A DNA stretch of 57,686 bases, from positions 471,488 through 529,173 of the forward strand of contig WELA01002258.1 of the NCBI GenBank assembly GCA_009602735.1. The letters are read 5' to 3'. The stretch's first letter is position 1. The number at the start of each line of letters is the position of its first letter. Shown here in pieces: positions 1-10,548 of this stretch. Under the pieces are notes generated by a model. The model was given only the letters and a program-made list of their open reading frames with translations, was not told where the DNA came from and did no database searches. A program made the translations under genes and the position numbers. This DNA comes from Mesotaenium endlicherianum. Lineage: Eukaryota.

Positions 1-216
1 CCCCCGACCCCGCCCCGCACCAACACTACAAAAAGTCGGCAAGGAATGGGCCCGCGTGACTGACATTTTTGATAATGCTCAAGATTGGCAGCCAAGAGTT
101 GCTGGCTGTGCATGGGAATGTGGAGTCGTGGGGTCGTTGACGGCCGGCCATGCCATGGTTGGCGAACTGGGGAGAGAAAGTACCTGGAAAGAGAAAAGCG
201 ACTATTTATTGGTAGG

Positions 217-248
217 CCGGCAGGCCGGCAGGCAGGCAGGCAGCCCGG

Positions 249-299
<51 letters not shown>
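217..299 (+). repeat. (GGCA)n tetranucleotide microsatellite
   Basis: Directly visible tandem GGCA run. Confidence 0.95.
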
Positions 300-312
300 T
301 ATCATTGATCTG

Positions 313-404
313 CCTTGGCGCTGGGAAGGGATGACATCTGGCAGCAGGGAGGGGTGCAGGGGCTCTTGAGAATATGCCTCGGCTACCTCTCTGCTCCGTT
401 CCAG
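313..404 (-). CDS. Possible next (3') GCP2 exon
   Basis: Acceptor tacAG at 405-406 gives LERSREVAEAYSQE in phase 0, loosely like the plant GCP2 C-terminal helix (MEKLKSVCLQYA). The donor is unclear, and the remaining exons probably lie left of the window. Confidence 0.4.
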
Positions 405-992
405 CTGTACCCCAGCAGGGAATGTGACAGAGCCGTTTTGACCGCCAGGTGGCCCGCCTGCCGGGTGGCTCGGCTCCTTCTATGCCTGAGGGAGAGCTTC
501 CGCGGCACCACCGGGCCAGGTGGCACTGCCAGGTGGCGCTCACGAGGAAAGACATACTAGAGGCGGAAGCGCGGAGTGGAGGCGCGAGGATCCGGGGCGA
601 GGGCGCAAGGGGGCAGAGAAAGGGAGGGGTTCTGCAGAAGAGCAACACAAGTTTCACGCCAGATATGCTTCAAGTTCGGGGAAAGGGCCGACCGAAGCGA
701 GTGGCTCTCCCTCCGAGCGACAGCGTCGCGTCCACTGTACCTCCACTGTGCCAGGTGGCGCCGCAAGGCGCAGCCAGGTGACAGTTGCAAGCTGGAGAGA
801 GCAAGTGCACAAGAAGCGAAAGCTTCTGAGCTTCAGATTGAAACTCCCAACTCAGACTTGGAGCCGCGAGTTTCCTGCCAGACGGAGGACGACAGGTGGC
901 GAGTGGCGAGGAGCAGGGGAGGGGGGAGGTGAGGGTGAGGAGGGGGGGGAGGGATGGTGCCCTCCAGAGTCGGCAGTGAGCATGCGGCTGAC

Positions 993-3900
993 CTTCAGAA
1001 GGTCGAGGTCGAGCAGGCCGCACTCCGCCAGGCACCCTGTGAGGAATGCATTGTGCTGCTGCAGGGCCTGCTCATGCATTCGCGCACAGGTGGCAGCAGC
1101 AGCAGAAGCGGCAGCGTGGCAGCAGGCGCTCGTAAATTTTCATCATATGGCACCCGCAGCACACAACAAGTGTCACGCAAGCACCTGTAGGCTCACACCT
1201 TTGGGCTGAGTGAGGCAGCGCGGGTAGAGTTGCGCTGCTGCAAGGCCTGCTCGTGGTGCATTCACGCGCATGCATGCGCGGCAGCAGCAGCAGCAGCAGC
1301 AGCAGGACCAGCACCGAGAGCAGAAGCAGCAGCAGCAGCAAGAGCATCAGTAGCAGCGGCAGCAGCACCAGCAGCACCATCGGTAGCAGCTGTAGCAGCG
1401 GAGCAGGCGGCGCTCGTCACCTAGAGGCAGCACTAGAGCCACGCAAGCCTCTGAAGGCTAATCATGTGCAACCAAGAGTAGGGAGCACTCTTGTACTCGT
1501 GAGAGCCCTGAGGGGCTGGCTTGCTGCTCCCTGCCCGTCACAGGTATTCACAGTTCCCCTAGAACTCCGTTCACACTGCTCCAGTCCGTGTCCAACACAT
1601 ACATTGGTCCACCTGGCGACTGAAAGATGTGCGCATGCGTGTGCGTGTGCGTGTACATAATTAAGGTCTGTTTTATCTTTTTTCATTTCTTTTTTTGTCA
1701 TATTCCATTCGATATGTACTGCTCACTACACTTCCTCAGGCAAGCAGCAACCGAAGAGCTACACCAGAGAGCACCAGCTGCGCCCCTCACAGGAGAGGGC
1801 GTGGCTTCAAGTGGCCGGCTTGCAGCAGTTCCACAGAGGAGAGCGATGCCCACCTCGTCGATGCTGCTGCAGTGCTGCATGCTTGCCAGCATGGCGTGCC
1901 ACCTGGGCTCCATGATCTGCTCCCCCCGCACCACTCCCCCACCCCCCCACCCGCCATGCTCTCCTCTTCAGCACCTCTCTCTCTCTCTCTCTCTGCACAC
2001 ACACTTGCCTGCACCTGGAGCTGGCAGGAGCTAGAGCGTGTGTAGACTTTGGAGTCATGCTCGCACGTCCATGCACTTGGGCGAGCGGGCCTGCACGCGA
2101 ACTCCAAAGCATCTCCGCATGTTCAGCCGCCCTCAATTGCCGCACATGCATGCATGTGCCTCGAGCTTGCACGCAAGCATTCGGACTCTGGAGAGAGAGA
2201 CACAGAGAGACGCTACAGCAGCCAGGGGAGGAAGTAGAGGGTGCCCCGGGCATAACAACAGTGTCCGACAGTCTGCCCTTCTGAAGGAACGGGAAGAGCG
2301 GCAACCATCTTGCAAAGAAGCTTGCCCTTTCTGCCACTGGCTCTCGAAGCACTCTACGCATTTGTTGCTTATTTGGCCTGCCCTACCTCTGCACTGTTTG
2401 AGCAACCCCCTCTGGGGGCACCGCAGCACAGCAGAAGCTCGAAGCCAGGGGGATGGGAAGGGGAGGAGAGGGGAGAGGAGGGGAGGGGATGACAGGGGAG
2501 GCGCACCTCGAGGGTCTGGTAGTCCTGCAGCTGCTTGATGAAGTGCAGCATGCGGTGGCACAGGCTGGCAGACACCCGCGCCTCCCTCAGGCCCGTCCGC
2601 TGCGCCGCCTGCCAGATGTCCCCCCCCCCCCGGGCCCACCCCCGACCNGTCCCCCCCCCCCGGGCCCACCCCCGACCACCCCAGCCAAGTCAAAGACGGT
2701 GTCAGAAAGGCGTAAAGGAGGGAGGGGCGGTGACGCCCGCACTTTTTGCAGGCCCGTCTGCTGCGCCACCTGGCGGAGCGGGCCCCGACCCCAGCCAAGT
2801 CAAAGACAATGTTGAGAGAGGAGGGAGAAAGCATGGCTGGCGCCCGCACCTCCCTCAGGCCCCCCTGCTCACGGCGCAGCCTGGCGGGGGCAGGGGTGCC
2901 TTCGCCCGCCCCAGCCAAGTCAAAGACGGTGTCAGAGAGACGAAAAAGAGAGAGAGAGGGAGCTTGCAAAAAATAACAAGGGCAACAGAGGGGAAGCAAG
3001 GATAAGCAAGCGAGCGAGCTTGGGCATGCATAATGCGTGAGAGAGAGAGCGAGTGAGAGAGAGAGAGCGCGTGAGAGAGAGATAGAGAGAGGGAGCGTGC
3101 CTTGTGGGCGTGGCAGGCGGAGCTGAGCTCGCGCTCCACGTACTTGCAGTGGAAGAGGCTCCGGAAGAGCAGCTGGTACATTGTGACTGCCAGCTTGGAC
3201 ACCACCACTGACACCGGCCACGCCACCTGTCGCTTCCTCCCAAGCCACCATTGAGGGCATCACTTTAACATTGTTAAAATCACAAAATGTAGTTAAAAGG
3301 GGGATAGAGAGGGAGGAGGGAAGGGGGGGGGAAGAGAAAGGGGTGGGATGAGGCAGGGAGGGGGATGGAGAGGAGCGGGTGAGAAGAAAGGCATGAGGAG
3401 AGAACAAAAGGCAGGGCAGTGGCCCAGGTGGGGGGCCAGACGTGTCGATTCAGAGGGCTGCTCAGAGCTCTTCTAGTCTCACCTCTGGGACAGACTTAGG
3501 GCGCACTTGAGAGCATTTGCACTTGCCACGTGGCGCATTCGGGAGCACTGGCTGCAAGCCGCACTTGAGACTACTTGCGCTTGCGAAGTGGCGCATTTGA
3601 GAGCAATTGCCAAGTGGTGCGCCGAAAACGCCGAGACGCCTGCTGCAGCTGCCGGCCACAGCTGCAGACTCCGAGAAATACCGGCTTGCTTGCTGCGAGC
3701 TCGCAATGACACATGAAAGATTTAAAAGAGAACGAAAAGAGACACTTTAGGGCTTACGTTGTAGTAGGATCAGGGTTGAAGCTAAAGCCAGAGCCCAGGA
3801 GACGCCTAGGCTGCATTTGGGCTCATGCAGGGAGGGGGTCTACATGCGAGACTTATGATCAGATTGAGACGTACGAAACATGAAATCTCACCTTGTAGTC

Positions 3901-6900
3901 GAACTGAAACGTCTCCCAGCCGCTGATGGCGCCTCTGGCGGAGGGGTTGCCAGAGGAGCTGGCGCTGCCGCTGACGCTGCCGCTGCCGCCGCCGCCGCCG
4001 CCGCCGCTGCTGCTGCTGCTCGCGCCCCCCGACTGAGTGGTGCCTGCCCCCGCTCCCCTCGCCCCCTCGCTCCTGCTCTCCTCCACGATGCCGGCCACGG
4101 CCTTGGCGTGCGCGGCCATCGGCTGCGACGCCTGCGCAGCCCACCGATCCGGAAACACACGACCGACAATCAATGATCGACGGTCGACGGTTGGAATGAC
4201 GAGTCCGTTGTGAGTGACCGTGTGTGCCTGTGACGTGCTACTGACAGGGCTGGGGTTGGCCGCCGTCGGCTGCGATGCCCGAACGGCCCCATGAATCGCA
4301 CGTAATGTACACGGTTTACAAACTATTGGGACCGCAGGTCGGCTGCGACGCAACTGTGGCGTGTCGCGACAACGTCAGGGGTGCGGCTGCCAGCGACCAG
4401 GACAGACCTCTGTGGCAGGAGCCAGCAACGAGAAGCAAGAAGTCTACATATCTCTGGGCTGCAACGAGGAACAAAGAGAGGTCAGGGAGTGGGAAGGGAA
4501 TGGGATGGGAAGGGTGCTCCTACCAGGGAGCAGGAGAGGTCTCGGTTGTACGGGTCAGCCGAGCACACTGACGTCCGCAGCGCCAGCTCCAGCAGCGGCT
4601 GCGAGCACTCAAGTGAACAAAACCAACTCACCCACAGAAGTTGGGGTCAGGGTCTCTGGTTCAGGCTCAGGGCAGAAGGTAAGGGTGAGCAAGTGGGCCG
4701 GCTCCAGCGGCGCCTCTGCGCGTGCTCACGCAGAGACAATTTGATTCACGGACGGTGTTTGGGTGCAAGCCTTAGGATGAGCTATGCGCCAACTCCAGCG
4801 GCGGCTGCGCGCGTTCTCAAGCAGAAGCAAATCGGCTTCAAAGCGGCGCCCGCAGCAAAAAACCAGAAGCGAGCAAAGATTATTTTTAGGTCAGTCAGTA
4901 GACCCTCGCAGCGGCCGCACGCTCAAGCAGACGCTCTGATTCACAATAGGAGGGGGAATAAAGGGCCACGCCCAGCTGCAACTGTGGCTGCTGCTTGACT
5001 GGGAGGACTTGCTTCATCCGCCGCACAAGTGCAGCAAGCGATGGGCCAAGGAGCGCGGGGGGGGGGGGGGGGNNNNNNNNNNNNNNNNNNNNNNNNNNNN
5101 NNNNNNNNNNNNNNNNNNNNNNNNNNNNNNNNNNNNNNNNNNNNNNNNNNNNNNNNNNNNNNNNNNNNNNNNNNNNNNNNNNNNNNNGGGGGAGGGCGCG
5201 GCAGAGACGAGACTGCTTGTAGTTAGACGACGGCCGATCAGATGGCATGAAGGTGCCACGACTGTTATGTCTCACTGGTGAGCCTGAGCACGAGTGTGAA
5301 AAGGGCGCTGAAGCGTACCCCCATGCCTGGACCATACCAAACGGGAGCTTGCGCGCCAGAACGGCAGAAGGTGGAGGCTGCGAACGAGCGCACAGAGTTT
5401 TCTTCTGCTCTGGCTATGGCTGGCTCCTATCGACTGTATGATTTCGCCACAAGCTACGGAGAGAGTGCGTGAGCTGGGGCGCGAGAGAAAATCTGCACAA
5501 GCATTGGGGAAGGGGGGGGGCGGGGTTGATGCGATGCGTGTGTGTGTGTGTGTGTGTGTGTTTGTGAGTGAGCGTGTGCGTGTGTGCGAGTGCGTCCGTG
5601 TGATTGTGTCCAGGAGGGGGGCAGGCAGTGAGTTGGCGGCGCGCATGCCAGCCAGCGCGTGAGCATGCGAGCAACTGCCTCAATACGTTTGGGTTGGATT
5701 GAAAGTGCAGGAGCGTATATGCATGTGTGCGCATGCAGATGAAGGGGCTACCTGCAGCTTCTTCAGACACGCCTTGTCCGCTGGGGCGGGTTTGATGGCG
5801 GTTGTGTGCGCACGTATGCGCACGTGTGTGTGTGTGTGTGTGTGTGCGCGTGTGCGCGCGCACGCGCGCGTGCCAGCGAGCGAGCATGCGATGTATTCGT
5901 ATTCAGGTTTGGTCCAAAAATTCGGATCTCTGCTCTAGGCATGAGCTTGGAGGGTGGGAAAGGAAGGAGGGCATTTGGAACAGAGGGAAGGGGGAGAGGG
6001 AGGAGAAAAGGGGGGGGGGGGGGGNNNNNNNNNNNNNNNNNNNNNNNNNNNNNNNNNNNNNNNNNNNNNGGGGGGGGTACCTGCAGCTTCTCGAGGGAGA
6101 CGTTGGCGGGCCACTTCTTGAGCTCGTCCTTGGCGATGTCCACAAAGTGCACCAGGAAGTCGCCCTGCAGGCATGCGATGCCGCCCCGCCGCCCAGACCC
6201 AGCCGCCCGTCACACATGGAACATCACCTGCAGGCCAGGCGCCCGTGCTTGGCTGGAAGCCCTCGGCGGGGGGCGTGCTGTATCATTCTTATTATTCACT
6301 CAATGGGGGCCTATACGACTCAACATTGGTTATATATATGCTTATCGTCGGCTATTATAGCATGACAGTTGTTGGTCAAACAACCACACAAGATTGACTC
6401 GCATGCCAAGGCCCAAATGGGACGCAGCAGTAGCTGCAGGTGTATGTGATGAGGGATATGTCTCTACAGTAACAACAGGGGACAGCCGAGACAAGCCAAG
6501 AGAAACCCAGCAGTACATGCAGGGATGATGCAACATTCATCCCCACAACAACAGGCATAGCCAAGGGAAACTGAACGAGACGAAGCAGTAGCCTGCGGGC
6601 GGCGTGAGACGCTACCTGGTCCAGCAGAAAGTAGTGCTTGATCGACAGCAGGCGGCCCCTCAGGTCAAACTGTGCCCCACAGCCAGGACAATGCTCGCTC
6701 AGCGCCACTCTCAACCACAAAGCGCCCGCAGGAGTCTGACATAGGAAGACATGCGTCCCATGCATCTTTGCAAATTTACCAGGTCCAATGAGCAAAAGGG
6801 GGGGGGGGTGTTCTGCGGGGGCGCGCTTTTGCCATGCATGCGGCTTGCCACGTGGCAGCACGCGGGTGTCTATATGCGCGTTGGACTGCATTGGACCCTC

Positions 6901-9553
6901 TCGGTTTGCCAAGCAAGGGGGGCTTACCTTGTCAAAGAGAAGGCTGACAAGCTTCTGGCTGGCAAAGTGGTAGGCCTTGTCCACCTGCTCCTGGTAGGAC
7001 CACGCGGCTGCCCGACTGTCCAGCTCCACCAGCTGCACCGGAACCTGTTCACAGAGAACGCGTTCACATGTTACCGGTTGGAGTATCAGCCGGCAGAGCC
7101 AAACACAAGCAGCCTGCTCCTGCAGTCCGTGCATTGATACGAGCACTGGCTTGCCGCACTCCCTGACGGCGTTGAGATACTTTTTTGAGGTTGAATTCTG
7201 TTTGCAGCTTCTCGCAGGAGGCGGCAGGAGGTAGCGACAGGGACAAAGGTAAAGGACAGAGGATGGTGTCTGTTTTGTGAGTATGCGCTTCTCTTATGGG
7301 CCAGGGTGCAAGGCGCAAGCACGCGTACGAGCACCGCTTCGCCGCACTCCCGGATGGCGTTGAGGTACTTTCCGGTCGTCAGGATCTTGTCCGCGGCCTC
7401 GCGCAGAAAGTCCGGCTGCTCCCGCCTGAGCTTGTAGCGCTGCCTCCAGTACGTGGCCCCGTAGTCGCTGCTCAGCTCCTCCTGCCACATGCGCACACGT
7501 GCGCGCGCGCGCGCCCACGCCCCCCGTCGTCCCTCTGAGCACCAGGCGCACCACAGCAGCTCCTCTAGTCCCAAAATCTAGTCCCAAAATCTTGAACCTT
7601 CCTCAACCTTTCTTATACCTACATGACACTCTGGCCTGAAACCCTAGCCCGCTGTCCCCTCGAGCATCGCGCGCGTTGCAGCAAGCCCTACTTCCCCTCG
7701 AGGCCTAAGATCTGAGACATTTCGCCCTCATAGCCCAACCACACATCCTCTAGTCCCACGAATGCAGCGAGATCCCATGAGAAGCCACAGACACCCCTGG
7801 AGCATCCCCTCTTGTGTGCCCGGAACAGCCCAAAGATGGCCCACACACTCGTGACACGCAATGGCCTCATCACGCAGCCTCCTGGGAGAGCCGGGGCCAC
7901 GCAGAGGAGGAGCCCACAAACCGAGCATTGTGCGGTCTTAGGCGGTTCTCGGTAGCCCAACAGAGGCAGGACTAGGCAGGAGCTACCGATTCTTGCTCTG
8001 CTTCGAGAAGCTCATGGGGCCCTGACCAGCCTATGTGCCAGACACGACGTGGCCTCACGCAGGTACGCGGACGCAGCAAGACCAGGGGAGGATCGATGCA
8101 CGGAACATGCTGTAGCCTTATGCAGCCTTACGGGAACAGCGGGACCCAATAGGGAGCCACAAGTTTACCTCCAGGCACACCTGGTGCCCAGACTGGCCCA
8201 CGCACGGAGCATGCGACGGCCTCATACAGCCTCACGAAAGCACCCTAAAACTAAGCCCTGAACCTAGCTAGGGTGTTACTTGAAGGGACCCCTGCTGCCC
8301 AGACCGGCCCGCACACGGAGCAAGCGGCGGTCTTACATGCAGCTTTGTGAGAGCAGCCCAGAACCCGAATATATCACATGCTAAATCCTGAATTGTAAAT
8401 TATTATCTAGAAACCAGAGAGCTAATTCTCAAATCCAAAGTGTTAGAAACCTACTTTGAGGAGCTCCCGTGCCCAAAACGGGCCTGCGCAGGAGAAATCG
8501 TGACGGTCATATACAGCAAAATGAAAGCACCCCAAACCCTTGGCCTTAGACCCAGATCCTGGAACCAGCCCTAAAACCCTAAGCCCTGAACCCTGAGCCA
8601 ACCCCTGGGTCCCAGGGCCTCACCTTCAGAAGCTCCTTGTGCTCCTCAATGAAGAACTCGCCGTGGGGGTCCGCAATCACGCCCTCCAGCAGCCACCTGC
8701 GCCACGGCCACGCCAAACGCCTCTCACACTCATGCCACTGGCGGAGTTCTTTCGCTTGCCAAATCCCACGCCAACTGGCGGATACCCCCTCCCCCCTCCC
8801 CCCCTCTTTGCTGTTCTTTGCTTCTTCTTCTTCCTCTTCTGGCATGTGCAAAACACCGCAAGCTGCGCGGCCTGACCTGCTTGGCAACAGTGTAGAGTGA
8901 GTACACGTGTCGCATGGCGTGATCGACACAGTCGGAGTTGCGGTAGTTTCTGCTGAAGAAAGTGATGGCCCGTGCCTTTTTGGGACCCGGGCTTTCAGAA
9001 ATCGGGTTTGGGGAGGCCCCAGCCCTGAGCCGTTTTGCTAAGCAGGGCACGAACAGCCCCGCAAGTGGGCAAACGATTGCTTTCTCTGCACCTGCGCCTC
9101 TCCCGCGAGCATCGAAGCTGCGGCGTGCAGGAGACAGTGAGAGGGAGAGGGAGAGGCTGCAGAGGCGACTGGGGCATGGGAGCAGCAGAAGAGGGAGAGG
9201 GAGAGAGCGCAAGTGGGTGGGAGTGGGGAGCAGAGAGCTGCAGAAGCAGCTGGAGCTTTCAAGCTTCAGGTTTGCGTTTGGGTTTACGGTTTTGGCTCAG
9301 AGTTAAGGGCACGGAGCAGCAGAAGGGAGAGCGCAAGGGGGTGGGCATGGGCGTCCAGAGAGCCGGGCAGAGGCAACGGACGTCCTGAGGATGGAGAAGT
9401 AGGGCGCGCGCGCCGCCACCTGGAGCCTCTCCAGGATCTCAACAGCTGTCGGGCTCCCCCGCGTGGCATCAGTCTGCAGGGGGTTTCCATGCAACCAATG
9501 CAGAGGGTGAATCAGACGGCCAGATGTCATCATTAGACCAGGGCCTAGGTGCT

Positions 9554-9645
<92 letters not shown>

Positions 9646-10506
9646 GCAAGGTACGGCACTTAGCTGTGAGAAGAGATCGGCAGAGCGCTCTCAGGAACGA
9701 CGCTGCTGCGCTTTCCCGGGTTAGAAGCGCCACTGCTTCTCAAACTGGAGCCTTAGGTGGGTTCGATCAGTTGCAGAACAGAGAGAGAGAGAGTCAACAG
9801 TGTGGAGTTTGCATACAGTCACGCCTTACTCCGCAGTCTTAAGGTAGACAGTTTGCAAGGCTGCGCAGCGATTCACAGGGTTGGGGGTTAGGGGTTGGGG
9901 TGTGCGGTTTAAGGTTTGGGGTCTGGGGCTATGTTAGGATGTTAGTGTGCTAAGTAGGGCAGGTCTAATGACCCCAGCGTGGCGGGACAACACATTCTCA
10001 CTTCAGGAGGAGAGACACTCTGCTGACATTCTCTATTTCACGTGGGCAAAAGTAAGGTAAGTCAACCTTTCCAGGCGCGTGATTGCCAGCAGCAGGTAGC
10101 ATAGTGGCCGACAGCTGTGCGTGTAGAAATGCTCACGCAAGCAAGATTAAGTCGGTTCAACATCAAGCAGCGCCTTTGCTCAGTAATGGCAGATAAAAGA
10201 AGGAAGACAGTTGTCGATAATAACCTTACTAAGACATAAGTTGTTCATCAATTATGGAGCGTTCTAAGTTGTCATGCGACGTGTAAAATCTCGCCATGCA
10301 AGGCGTTCTTTAAATTACGCCTTTTGCAGTTTAGTATGCAGTACACCCAGAGCCCATTGCCCAAGAGGAGCAGGGAGCAACAAGTCACGCACGCGCTGCT
10401 GGAGCAGGTTGAGGAGGGAGGCCCCATACAGGCCGTCGGATGTGGCGGCGCGCGTGATGCTGGCGATGACCTGCATCACGTGCAACATGGGCTGCGTGGA
10501 GAAAGC

Positions 10507-10548
<42 letters not shown>

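Noticed and set aside
56..3407. Numerous overlapping ORFs, e.g. 2133-3407 and 520-1209
   Set aside because: GC-rich, microsatellite-laden intron sequence; only the short GCP2 exons inside them have recognisable homology.
4165..4190. VDRRSL as part of GCP2 (resembles plant VDRASL)
   Set aside because: It lies upstream of the good phase-0 acceptor at 4132-4133 with no convincing acceptor of its own, so it is probably coincidental.
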